This document shows, piece after piece, positions 48,828-60,399 of a stretch of 64,000 nt of DNA (position 1 is its first letter; the number at the start of each line of letters is the position of its first letter). The stretch covers positions 1,178,001 to 1,242,000 of the forward strand of contig JAUPSS010000002.1 of assembly GCA_040285825.1 (NCBI GenBank), given 5' to 3'. Origin of the DNA: Eukaryota sp. TZLM1-RC (taxonomy: Eukaryota; Protista; Metamonada: BaSk clade). A model generated the notes under the pieces. That model worked only from the letters and a program-made list of their open reading frames with translations, made no database searches and was not told where the DNA came from. The translations under genes were made by a program, and so were the position numbers.

Positions 48828-50213
48828 ATGGTTAAGCGTTCTTCAGAAGACCTTCCTTCTCCCAAGCGACAGAATGAACATCAGGATCATCTAGACACAT
48901 CTTCTGACTCCTCATCAGAAAGTTCTTTCGATGAAAATGAGGAAATTGTCGATGATATGCAAACAGTGGATGATGAGCAACCAGACACAGACCAACAAGA
49001 TTTGCAAACGTCGTTTGAAGCATGGAATCCTTCTATAGGCTTAGAGGAGGACGAGAAACTGGAAGTAGACACTTCAGCCTACCATCTACTTCACAACCTC
49101 TCTACTCCTTGGCCCTGTTATTCTCTTGCTTTTATTCCTGATAATCTTGGTGTTCGAACTTCTTTCCCACTCACCACTACCCTTGTGGCAGGAACCCAAG
49201 CTGAAAATGATAACCAAAACTCTCTGTTTCTTCTTAAGTGTCACAACATTCGGAGCACTCTTTATGATGGAGATTCTGAAAACGAGCAAGATGATGCTTC
49301 GGATGATGAATTCAAGGGAGAAGCTCAACTTAAATCAGTAGAAATCCCACACTTTGGTGCCGTCAATAAGCTTTCCACTCTTCCCGGTAACGGCTCTGTG
49401 CTTGCAACGACCTCTTCAGATGCAATTACTAGAATATTCAACATTAGTGAACACTTGTCTTATCTTGACCAGGGAGGGGTCGTTCCTCCCACACAACCTG
49501 TCTATGAATCTCAACGTGCGAAGGACGAAGGATACGGCTTGGATTGGTCCATAGGCTCGACAGTATCTCTCTTTTCCTCCTCTTGTTCTGGGCATGTCCA
49601 ACAGCACTTGGTGACCGGTTCAGGAGTGGTGGGAGGTAGGAGGTGGCAAGCACATTCGGAATCAGTTGAAGGAATAAGTGTTTGTCCAGTTGATCCTTCT
49701 TTGTTTTGTACTTGTTCAACTGATGGTAAAATCAAGCTATGGAATGTTAACTCGTTGAAAAAACCTTGCCAAACTTTCAAAGTGTCTAATACTGATGTTA
49801 ATTGCGTCGCCTATTTGGGGGATGGTGTTCATTTGGTTACTGGTGATGATGATGGTGTTGTCAAGGTTTTTGATACTAGGAATGTCTCAGATTCAGTCTT
49901 TGAGTTTTCTTGGCACAGGACCCCTATAACGTCTCTATCACGAGCTCCCTCTACAGTTGGTTATGATGATTGGTTATTAGGTGTTACTGTGTGTTCTGAT
50001 GATGGTTCGGTCACTACTTGGGACTTCTCTGTGGATGGTGAAGGGGAAAAAGGAATACCTGCTCAGTTGTTGTTTTATCATTTTGATAATTGTAGCGTCA
50101 AGGATTCTTGTTGGCATCCACAGGTACCTGGACTATTTGGCTCAACACATGCTAATGGATTGACTCTTTATAAGCCAAGATACCTTTTTGATGAAGAAGC
50201 AATGATAGAATAG
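48828..50213 (+). CDS. GRWD1: Glutamate-rich WD40 protein GRWD1/Rrb1
   Basis: Acidic N-terminus, SAYHLLH..WPCYS, LVAGTQA, EGYGLDWS, WD repeats, IPAQLLFYH..WHPQVPG. Confidence 0.92.
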   Translation: MVKRSSEDLPSPKRQNEHQDHLDTSSDSSSESSFDENEEIVDDMQTVDDEQPDTDQQDLQTSFEAWNPSIGLEEDEKLEVDTSAYHLLHNLSTPWPCYSLAFIPDNLGVRTSFPLTTTLVAGTQAENDNQNSLFLLKCHNIRSTLYDGDSENEQDDASDDEFKGEAQLKSVEIPHFGAVNKLSTLPGNGSVLATTSSDAITRIFNISEHLSYLDQGGVVPPTQPVYESQRAKDEGYGLDWSIGSTVSLFSSSCSGHVQQHLVTGSGVVGGRRWQAHSESVEGISVCPVDPSLFCTCSTDGKIKLWNVNSLKKPCQTFKVSNTDVNCVAYLGDGVHLVTGDDDGVVKVFDTRNVSDSVFEFSWHRTPITSLSRAPSTVGYDDWLLGVTVCSDDGSVTTWDFSVDGEGEKGIPAQLLFYHFDNCSVKDSCWHPQVPGLFGSTHANGLTLYKPRYLFDEEAMIE

Positions 50214-50799
50214 TTTTTAGTTTTTTTGAATTAGTATTTAATAAATTGCGTAAACTAGATATACTATGTTATATCATTGTATGGTTGTTACTTTTCTATC
50301 CTTCAACTCTGCATTACAAAATAACAACAATAGTTCTTTTTCAACAGTGTATTATTGCAATGATTCAACAACCCCGTGTTACCCGGAAATCAGTGTCAAT
50401 GTCTCCGTTCAGTTCACAAAGGTGTTTTAGTTGTCTAGTGTTTATCAGCTTATACGGTGTATCAGGACTCAGTGGCGTATGTCAACTACGACTAGATTTT
50501 GCTAGTCAGTTTACACCGTGATCTTTCATCATTAATACACTGACCACTTCTACATTTCAGCAGCCCATGTGGAGACTTGAACGGTGTTTTTTCAGCACTT
50601 TTAGGAATTGGATTCTTTGTTTTGATAACTGTTTCAAATACTTTTTCAAGAAGTACATTTTGAAGAAGTCTGGCTTTCGACTATTAGAACAGTTTAAAAA
50701 CCTTGTCTAATAAAACAACTAACCCATCTATTGGAAGGGGGACTATGTTTGAGGTTACTGATTGGTTTATGACCCAAGTCCCCAATACACAGTACTATT

Positions 50800-51262
50800 T
50801 TGTCTTTAACAACGTCTGTTGTCCATAAACTGTTAAAAATTCTTCGTTAACAATGGATGTTTGCAAGTAAAATGCCTTGAGAAATGCACAATCAAAAGTT
50901 TCCCCTCTTGATGATTCAGAATTGTATAAACGGAAGAAATATGCAAATTCTTTAAAAGAATTGAAACATGTTCGCAATGTGGATTACCAAATTTGCCCAT
51001 TTGCTATATCTTTGTATGGACGTCCTGGAAAAATTGCAATGCTCTTATTGATGCCTTTGAAAATCTTTTAAAAAGAAGAATGAATAAGCGTTTTAATCGT
51101 CTTTTGTGGTTGAATCGTATCGTGTTTACTATTTTCAAAGCAATTCCTAAAATGATTCGAAAGTTTTGATGACTGTCAGTGCACATTACGAAGACATTGA
51201 TGTTGTACGGTTTGATGGTGTGGAAGCTTGTTTTGAAGATATTGATTTTTAGTCTTCAGTTT
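50800..51262 (+). mobile_element. Truncated RLE element (subfamily W)
   Basis: KRKKY..CPFAISLYGRPG..WLNRIVF. Confidence 0.72.
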
Positions 51263-52836
51263 TGAAAATAGATTAAAAGGTAGTTCAAACAAATACCATT
51301 AGTTACTGCGTAATTATTCAATTCAAATGCATTTTTTTGAAAGGTTTGTTATTAGTGTTGACCCATCTATCCCAATAAGAGTTTTCTTGATTGTGCATCA
51401 GATTTTCCATACCATTTTCACCATATAATTTTCTGCTTTCTTAAATCGAGGTCTACGATCTACATTGCCTATAGTTTTTTTTGCCAATTCCTCACACCGA
51501 TCGCGTGTCTATGGAAAAAAACCCCGTTTAACCACCCATTCTTAGGAGAATGACATTGCTTCCATTATTTATAAATATTGAACAATATGAAATGATGGTT
51601 TCAGAAAATGTGAAGGATATTTGTCCAGGGTGTATTGCAGTACCTTGACTTTTTCATTTTATGTTCCATTGGAATTATTAATTTGGATATAATTTGGGAA
51701 AATTATAGACAACCATTGTTCGAATAATAAAGCAATACCTTCTTCAATCAAATTATTTGTTGGTTCAAATACAGCATCAGTTGTAGAATTATCAAAGTAC
51801 TGGGAAACTTCTTGTAAACAGTAACATTAGACAGATGTTCAGAATTTCCGAAATTTTGTAAGGAATTGATTACTTCATCTCGCTCCCCTTCACTCGTCAT
51901 ATCATTCACAATTTCAACCAAAATCTAAACCAACTACGAAATCTTTGACGTTGGCGTAAAAATAATTCAAATGTTGTAAATTATCTGGAAGAACTTCTGT
52001 CCAATCTTCCTCCATTTGATCTTTCAATTCTTTTTTTCCCGTGATATGGTTAATGATATTTTCAATATATATGTCATAATTTCTTTTTATATTGAGTTCA
52101 AAAGGACGCCACATTTCTTATTGACTCATGTATTCAAACGATCTATTTACATGGTCGAAATCTAGTCTGGGCATATGACAAATTGATGAAGAATTTGTGT
52201 AGTCAGAAACACAATGACGATACCCAGGAAATTCAGAGTTGTTAACAATTGTACCTATCCAAATATAATAAAGTTCTTCAAATCCTCAATCAACATTGCA
52301 ATTGGTCGATTATTTGCTCTTTTAAACCAACTCACCTTTGAAGCTAATTTTTTAAACATTTCTTTAAATGATAAAACAATCTGTAGTCAAAATGTGACAA
52401 ATCTTCGTCTTTCATAAATTTGGATAAAAGCTATTGTTTGACACAAAACGGAGGTTGCTGTCTCCCAGCAGACATTACAATAGATGCTGCCAGTAATTGT
52501 TTTGTAATTGTCTATACCTTGACGTAGATGAAACGAAATTCTTCACGGTGACCATGACTGATTTGCTATTTTACCCCTATAAAAATAGGATAAACAATTT
52601 GAATACAAAAATTGTATCTAGAAATTGTAAGAATAGTTTATTAAAGACAATAAAATTCCAGTGTTCTCACGCCCCTCATACTAGACAACTTCCTTCCAAC
52701 GTTGATGAAGATATTATTTATTTACATCAACTTTTTAATGTAAAATTGGAACACAAAAATTGAAATGTAATAATCACAAAGTCAGTACGGGTAAATGAAA
52801 TTTGCAAACATTATAGCCTAAAAACAACAATTTTCC

Positions 52837-53135
52837 TACCATAAATGATTTCTACAAATGAGTTCAACAACCCCTTCTCATAATCAAATCTATTTTATGA
52901 GACATCAAAACCTGGTTTGTTGTCATTGCCCCATGACAATACTCGTGTCGATCCCCTTAACTTAGCAACGTAATTAATACTTGAGGAATGAAAAATCGTA
53001 TATTACCATTACTGTCAATTTCATACAAAATTATAGAAATCATTACAATTTCCTGACTTTGTGCAAAAGCTTTAATGAGGATTTGCGTGTCTGTCAAATG
53101 TAAATGTTGTACATTACATGCAGCAAGGGGGTGTA
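52837..53135 (+). repeat. Direct duplication of the tRNA upstream flank plus tRNA nt 1-9 (partner 54655-54951)
   Basis: TACCATAAATG...GGGGGTGTA present twice with few differences. Confidence 0.95.
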
Positions 53136-54654
53136 CCGTGTTCCGAAAAATTATGGACCCACAAAATATGGCGACTAAAATATATGGCGACTAAAGAAAT
53201 TGGCGAATTTCCAACGGTATTCAAAAATTCGCCATTATTTTTCGCCCATTAATCATTTTTAAAAATAAAAAAAAATAAAAATACCAGATTTATTTCAGAA
53301 TCAATACTATAAAATTAAACAATAATGTCATCTTCTTCTGAAGACAAATCATCTGCATCAATCCATTCAGGTCAATTTACTGCTTCAATTACAACTTCAT
53401 TACCACCTGGATTCATCAAACTGTGCTCAATGGTTTCATTAATTTTTCTCCAACCTTCTTGATGATATTGGAGACAATTTGATTTGATATATTGCCATGC
53501 CTCAATAATCCATTCTCCAATTTTGGGCTTAATAATGGAGGTGGCTACATCTAACTTGACATTATTTGGTTGAATGCCAGCATTGAGGTCTTCGAGAATT
53601 TTTTCAGTGCACCAAACAGTAAATTTTGACTTCAGTTGATCTTTGAATGGTTTATTCACAGCAACATCCAAAATGGAAAAATGATCGGTTGCCTTGGCAG
53701 GAATTTCATAGAAGTCAAGATTGAGTTCTGAGATGAAGGGTTTCAGCTGCTTTATTCTATGAGACCAATGTTGATCCCACAAAATTGCTGCTTTCAAGCC
53801 ATATATATCAGCCTCACCGTTTTCCTGAAGCTCTTGACGCTTTTGCATAAGGTATGGCCTAACAATTCCTCTGATATATTGCAGAATGTCTTTTTATTTT
53901 GAAATTTTGTAGAATTTCTATTCTTTTTACTACTGGGTTCAGCAGCACAATTTACAAAATTAAATTTTTCCAAAGTATTTGGATAAGAAGCTGCGGTCAG
54001 CCCAGACCCAATTGTTTGAATGGGTAAAAAATTTCCATCAAAAGACATGGTTAATGTACAAGTATTACCTCGTTTATCATTAGATCCATGCATTACAATT
54101 TGTCTGCTTCCAACAGGGGCGTATGTATGTTTGTCTATTGGACACCATGGAGCAAGTGTTTCATCCATAATCAACACAAGCGACGGATGATAATTAGCCA
54201 AATCATTTAAAATTAATTTAAATTCCTGGCTACACTGATTGAGTTCACTACTAGTCAGCTTTCGGTCAGTGGTAGCTTTTCGTTGGCGCCAACCCAATTG
54301 GTTACGTAAAACACCTTCGGCCCATTTGGTAGATAAAGTTAATGCTCCACTTTGAAGTTGAGGACCAAGACCCATGTGCTTGGCAGTGGCATTCCCAAGA
54401 CTAAGTACGGTCAGTGGGATCAATTTTCCTCCAGCCTCTCGTGTTGCCTTAATTAAATTCAGCAGAAAAGTATTGACGTTGGGCGGTAACAAAGTTGGTC
54501 TTCCTTTTCTGGGTCTGTCATAAAAGGTTCAATTTATACTTTTTTAATTATAATTATTTATTTATTTTAATTTCAATTATGAACTATTTTTTGAAAAATT
54601 ATGGACCCATTCAATATGGTGACTAAAAAAATTGGCGAATTTTCAAAGGTGTTG
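53136..54654 (-). mobile_element. pogo-superfamily DD35D transposon, one TIR missing; transposase 53372-54520 frameshifted
   Basis: KGRPT, MDET, LWDQHWSH, 35 residues, then LDVAVNKPFK; end TA|CCGTGTTCCGAAAAATTATGGACCC. Confidence 0.88.
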
Positions 54655-54942
54655 TACCATAAATGATTTCTACAAATGAGTTCAATAGCCCCTTCTCATA
54701 ATCAAATCTATTTTATGAGACATCAAAACCTGGTTTGTTGTCATTGCCCCATGACAATACTCGTGTCGATCCCCTTAACTTAGCAACGTAATTAATACTT
54801 GAGTAATGAAAAATCGTATTCCCATTACGGTCAATTTCATACAAAATTATAGAAATCATTACAATTTCCTGACTTTGTGCAAAAGCTTTAATGAGGATTT
54901 GCGTGTCTGTCAAATGTAAATGTTGTACAATACATGCAGCAG

Positions 54943-55015
54943 GGGGGTGTAGCTCAATTGGTAGAGCGCGTGCTTTGCAAGCACGAGGTACGGGGATCGA
55001 AACCCTGCATCTCCA
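54943..55015 (+). tRNA. tRNA-Ala(TGC)
   Basis: Cloverleaf: acceptor GGGGGTG/CATCTCC with G3:U70, anticodon arm CGTGC-TTTGCAA-GCACG, followed by a T-run pol III terminator. Confidence 0.96.
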
Positions 55016-55079
55016 TTTTTTACACTTTCTTTCCAGAAGCACAGGTTTACACAGATAAGACGTTTTAAAATATTTTAGT

Positions 55080-55900
55080 CCTTAACACATGTTTGTTAAC
55101 GTCCGTTTATTCCACATACGAATAAACAACCAAGGGTATTCTCTGACGTCTTCTCTAATTGTCACTGACTGGTTGACGAGCAGAACACAAATAGCGGTTC
55201 TGATGAAGATAATTTTATTGATTTTCAATTAAGTTTGAATGCACTTTGGGATCAAAAGATCAGCGATATACGATTATCTTGACAGTAAATGATAGTCCAT
55301 CATTAGAATGAAATACTGCTTGATTAATGTTGAAATCTTGGACAACTGTCGAACATGCTGACCACATGTCTTCAAACATGTATTGTATCCTTGTGTAGGG
55401 ATACTGATTTGAAAAGTCCAACTTATCGTTCATCTTGACATAATGCTGTGATGGACACAGCTTCTACTGAATAAAACACTACCAATTACCATTTTTGGTC
55501 CTCATGACAGAGGTGATTTTTATTGTGATTAATTTGAAAATTCTGAAGCATTTGTTGACCTCGTTTCCAGTGATTTTCCAAATGCCAGCCATGTCTTTTC
55601 GAAGAAGCAAATTGAATCCTGTAGATGGATTTGAATTCAAAGTACAACAAAAACATTGAAAATATGTTAATGATATTGAAGAACAATTTGTTGATACAAA
55701 AGGCATCTTGTCTTTAATTCTTTCCAATTTTCTGTAATTGTAAGGTATTTCTTGAGCGACTTCCAAAGATTGGTTCAAGAACACACAATGAATAGTATTG
55801 ATAACTTGCTAAGTAGTTTATGGAAAAATCCAAAAAATTCAAAAAGTTTATGAAATTCATTCGCCATCAGTAAAAGAACAGCATTGTGCTTTTATAGTAT
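55080..55900 (-). pseudogene. Possible Mutator-like transposase remnant
   Basis: TRSTNASEFSN (~55560) resembles the MULE RTNNxxE motif; CGING..TC knuckle remnant (~55100). Confidence 0.35.
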
Positions 55901-56370
55901 CGTAGTGGCCTTCACAAGGAAGCTAACAGAACAGGAATTTGAAGAGCAATTGTTGGTGTAGTTGTATCAGTTGTCACCTGCAGTTGTCAAGTATTAAAGT
56001 ACAAGTGAAGAAGTTGCTGGGTAAGAACCAGAAAATTATACATAAGAAATACTTCATAAAAGTAGTTTTATTTGTGAAATTTGAATTCAATACAGATTGA
56101 AGAATTGTTTTAGAAATATTAATGTGAAAGAAGAGAAAGTGTAAGTCACCAACAGCAAATCAGAACCAACGTAGTAAAGGTTAACTAAAACGTAGCGGAT
56201 GAATACTTAAAATCCAAATATATATAATGTCAAGTGTGTAAGTTTAATAAAAGTAAACTAATATAAAATCCATTCCTATCAAAAATCAAAGACAGAGCTA
56301 AAAACTATTTATTATTATTATTATTATGAGGAATCAAAGTTTCAGCCAAAAAAAGAGGTCATGGATTAAA

Positions 56371-59163
56371 CTATTCCTCTAATTTAAATTCTAAAAGCTC
56401 ATCCACATTTAATTCCTTTTCTGATTGTCGCCAAATATAATCACCTTCATTAACAATTGTCCTCTCTTTCACACATTGCTGAACCCAATCACTGGTAATA
56501 ACAGGGAGTGGAGACAGGGTCCCAAGTTTACTTCTTCGCGATGAAGCTTCAGAAATTATTTCATCCGGAGCACAGAGCAAAGGTTCAGTTATTATCACAT
56601 GTGTACAGTCAACCAAAGAATCAACAATACAACCACCATGGGTCTCAATGACAAGGGACAACGAAGTTGAAAAAGGTATTAAAAGTGCACGAACATTTAA
56701 GAAAAAATAATGCTCAGGAAACAATGTCTTCAATTCTAATAATACATGCGGTTCCGTGTTGAAAGATTCAACACAGTTAGCTACTGCTTCCTTCGTAAAA
56801 CCTCGTTGAAACAGAGCATGTAGAAATCCTGGTGTCAATGAAAACGAAAAGGAGTCCCCAAATTGATCAAATTCTCCAGGATTTACAGCATAATTGGACC
56901 AAAGGAACAAAGGAGACAATGGAAGCAACTGTTCGTTCTCTATACACAAGATAAAATAGTCCGGATTAACAAACTTAATATCTAAATAGTTCTGAGCAAT
57001 TGACGCTATTCGAGGACTAGCATCTTTTAAAGGATGATCAATAACTACAAAATTAAGGTCTGTAACTGGATTCTCAACTACATGAGCCCCATGGGCCAAT
57101 AGCATTCCCCAAAGGTTGTGGTATTCAGGGGAACGAAGTTCTAATAGCACTACATGGTCGGCAAACAATCTACTGACCACCTCAATTTGTGTTCTCCTCA
57201 GCATTGCCTTCCTTACCTCATCATACTTGGAAGCTCTTGGTTTTTTTATTTTTCGTGTTGTTCGCTTGACAGGCTCTTGTTTCAATGGAGGTATCCCTTC
57301 TTCAGCAGTGACTGTCATTGAAGAATCATCCAATATAGAGCTTGTTTCAGCCGTTTCAACTACTTCCCCAGTATACAATCTGCCTTCAAGGGCAGACGTA
57401 CTAGAAACAAGTTCCATAAAGCCTTCCAAATTGAGACAATCATAAACACTTTTGCCTGTGAATCGAACATTAACAATACGAGGGAATCTGAGTGTGTAAC
57501 CAAGTGGATAAGATTTACTCACAATTATTTGACTTGAATTGATAGTCACAAGGAAAGTTTTCTCAATATCTTCACATATAAAGTCGGGTCGTTCATCTGC
57601 CTGCATCATTCCAAATTCAAGGAGAGAAGTGTTGGGGTCCATGTCCGTTACTTCAGAAAAGCCCTCACCTTTCATTTTGGTTGTAATTTCAGTCCTCATG
57701 TTCTCAGTAAGCCCTCCACCCACTCTACAAAGAAGTCTCCATTTGGCTCTAGATGCGTCGTATACACCTACATGTAAAGATGCAATCTCCTTAGCTCGGG
57801 ATTGATGACCAAAAGAACCCCCAATTACTGCTAGATCAATATCAGTCAGCTCTCCTTTCTCATAGTCTGGCTTGAGTTTAATCCAATCTGTGGACCTACT
57901 ACCTGGTTTATATTGTGATTCCATAAGCTTAACGATGGCTCCTTCATGTCCTCTCGCAACAAGCTGGTTGTACTGTTCCACCAATTCGGATTGTGTGGTC
58001 ACTGTATGGGAAGATATCACCTCTATCCTCTTTGGTATAGTCTTTACCGTTGCTTTCAACAATGTTCTTCTTTCTGAGAGAGTTTTATCCAGAATAGATG
58101 TTCCATTAAGATACAATAAATCAAAAGCAGTAAAACAAAGTTGTTTTTCACTGTCTTCCCCCTTTGTTGCAACTTCTTTGAGACAACCAAAAGGATCAAA
58201 CTTGCAAGAAATTCTATTATAAACTAACAGCTCACCATCGATAACTACTGATTTTGCATCTAGACAATCGATTAAAAAACTACCGACAATATCCGAATAC
58301 TTTGAATACTCTAGACAGGAACGAGAATAAAATTTACAAACATCCCCTACAGAGTCTACATGGACTTGGACTCTCTCTCCGTCAAGCTTAGGCTCAACAC
58401 ATAGACTTACTCCCTCTTGGAAAAAACTACTATAGACCTCCAAAGACTGTGCTCTCCTAGCCAGTTCGGGTTTGAGAGGGGTGAACAAAACCGCGTGAAA
58501 GCAGGTTAGATCAACTGAAATCGCTGGGTTGTGTAATTCGGATAGCACTTTATGTAGGTTATTTGTAATGGCCAAATAGCCAACAGCTTGTGGATGCCAC
58601 AGCTTCAACATGGTTTCAGCTCTCATTCTTAAACGCAAGTCTTTGAGGATAATACGACAGAGCCATTTATGTTCAGTGGCTGAGATAGTAGTCAGAAGTT
58701 CTCTAAATGTATTAACCTGTACATGCTGATCACCATTAGCGATAAGGTTAAGGTACCTGTTGATTTCCTCGATGGTGACAGAAGACGGGTGAGAAGGCTG
58801 TCTTGGTTGTAGACACTGTTCCAAAACAGCAGGGAAATCACCAGCGGAGGTATGAAGAGGAGAGGGTTGTCTATAGTGAATGAGAGCATCACCAAGGGGG
58901 GAATTTGATTGGATAGATAAGGCTGATATGTACCGGTGAGCGAGCTTTTTTTCTTGTAGGTTATACACTCTCCGTTCATTGTCTAAAGAGCAAAATAATA
59001 GACGGTTAAAAGGCCAAAGGTCTTGTTGTCCCTTTTCGCGTAGATATGCCCAGAACTGTAAGAGAACTGATTCCCGTTGTTTTCGCTTGATTTGGGTAGC
59101 TAAATTTTCAAGAACTTTATAGCAAAAAGAAGAGAACTTGAAGTTGGACTCCAAAGTCGACAT
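56371..59163 (-). CDS. LIG4: DNA ligase IV
   Basis: VYNLQEKKLA, AGDF, EHKWLCRIILKDL, EPKLDGERVQVH, EGAIVK, WIKLKPDY, TLRFPR and two C-terminal BRCT-like domains. Confidence 0.93.
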   Translation of the reverse strand: MSTLESNFKFSSFCYKVLENLATQIKRKQRESVLLQFWAYLREKGQQDLWPFNRLLFCSLDNERRVYNLQEKKLAHRYISALSIQSNSPLGDALIHYRQPSPLHTSAGDFPAVLEQCLQPRQPSHPSSVTIEEINRYLNLIANGDQHVQVNTFRELLTTISATEHKWLCRIILKDLRLRMRAETMLKLWHPQAVGYLAITNNLHKVLSELHNPAISVDLTCFHAVLFTPLKPELARRAQSLEVYSSFFQEGVSLCVEPKLDGERVQVHVDSVGDVCKFYSRSCLEYSKYSDIVGSFLIDCLDAKSVVIDGELLVYNRISCKFDPFGCLKEVATKGEDSEKQLCFTAFDLLYLNGTSILDKTLSERRTLLKATVKTIPKRIEVISSHTVTTQSELVEQYNQLVARGHEGAIVKLMESQYKPGSRSTDWIKLKPDYEKGELTDIDLAVIGGSFGHQSRAKEIASLHVGVYDASRAKWRLLCRVGGGLTENMRTEITTKMKGEGFSEVTDMDPNTSLLEFGMMQADERPDFICEDIEKTFLVTINSSQIIVSKSYPLGYTLRFPRIVNVRFTGKSVYDCLNLEGFMELVSSTSALEGRLYTGEVVETAETSSILDDSSMTVTAEEGIPPLKQEPVKRTTRKIKKPRASKYDEVRKAMLRRTQIEVVSRLFADHVVLLELRSPEYHNLWGMLLAHGAHVVENPVTDLNFVVIDHPLKDASPRIASIAQNYLDIKFVNPDYFILCIENEQLLPLSPLFLWSNYAVNPGEFDQFGDSFSFSLTPGFLHALFQRGFTKEAVANCVESFNTEPHVLLELKTLFPEHYFFLNVRALLIPFSTSLSLVIETHGGCIVDSLVDCTHVIITEPLLCAPDEIISEASSRRSKLGTLSPLPVITSDWVQQCVKERTIVNEGDYIWRQSEKELNVDELLEFKLEE

Positions 59164-60399
59164 CACAAAAAGCGGAGATTAAAATGGCTGAAATGGTTTT
59201 ATTGGAGTTTTCTTTTGATGTACTCATCTACTTCATGAATCATATTCAAAACAGCATTGACGTTATGATTCCATGGACATGTACACTATTTTTCATATTA
59301 CATTGACAAGTGCTAAATCCACAAAATTACTTAGAAGACTATGTTTCCTTTGAAGTTGCAAATGACACATTGGTTCAGACCTGTTTTGAAGGTAATTTGC
59401 CACTACGACGTACTTTTGCCAACTTACACTCATCACTTATGTCTGGTGATCCTTGTGAACAACAAACACCAAAACCAAGAAGTGCAATTCCACATCATTT
59501 TAAAGACTTTGTTTGTGGTGAAGGCAATTATAGATAACGACTATCTTCGGACAACCAAATTTGAACAAAACTATAAGATATGTGGATCATATTGAAAACT
59601 TTTTTATCAACCAAGAATTGATTGACGATTTCGTTTTTCAACAAGCAACAGTAAGATCAGGTATAAAAATTCAAACCACCTGAGCAATTTGACTTTTACT
59701 CAACAATATCGATTTAAACCAACCTATGATCAGACAAAAGTTTTTTTTAATATCAACAACACTATTCACACAGATGGATCGAATATTGCAGTGGAGTTTG
59801 TTTGCCCCGATTAGAAAAGTTCAGAATTGTAGGCCAGACACAAGGGTCAGATTTTTTAATTATCTACTGATGATGTTGATGTCAATACTAATCAAGATAA
59901 AAAACTCATTGTTTGTGTTTGCCTAAAAAACGTGATTTATATTCGAATTATTTGAATTTGCAATAGTTGAAGCTAGAATAAGTAGTAATAAACGCCTTCA
60001 GTATGTGTGTAGTAGACAGTGTTTGTAATTATTGGAATTATTTGAATAAGAAGAATTTCCATATAACTAAACTGTTCAAAACCTTTCGCCCTGAAGCAAC
60101 CTTTTCAAAATCTTGATATCCGAAACACCAACTGCTTGTTATACATTTTTCTGGAATTAGAATCTCTCCCTGGATCCCGTAAATATAGTTATCAACAATA
60201 TTGATTATTTTCATATAATTCTTTGTAGTTCTGTGAATTTCTCTATTTGCAAAAACCTTTTTCACACTGTTCTGACTGTTTGAAATTATTCAAACAGTAT
60301 TTGTTGTGTTTTTGTAAGTTGTTTACTTTATGTCGAATTTCTCCCAAAATATTTCTCAGAACATGATGAACAAGTTGATTGTTGGCCTATGTTCAGTAT

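Noticed and set aside
51300-52800. Possible decayed gene or transposon on the minus strand (similar cases 7400-8250, 28500-29300, 59400-60400)
   Set aside because: Coding-like texture but no motif I can identify; needs a translated homology search.
54713-55042. 109-aa minus-strand ORF
   Set aside because: Antisense to tRNA-Ala and its flank.
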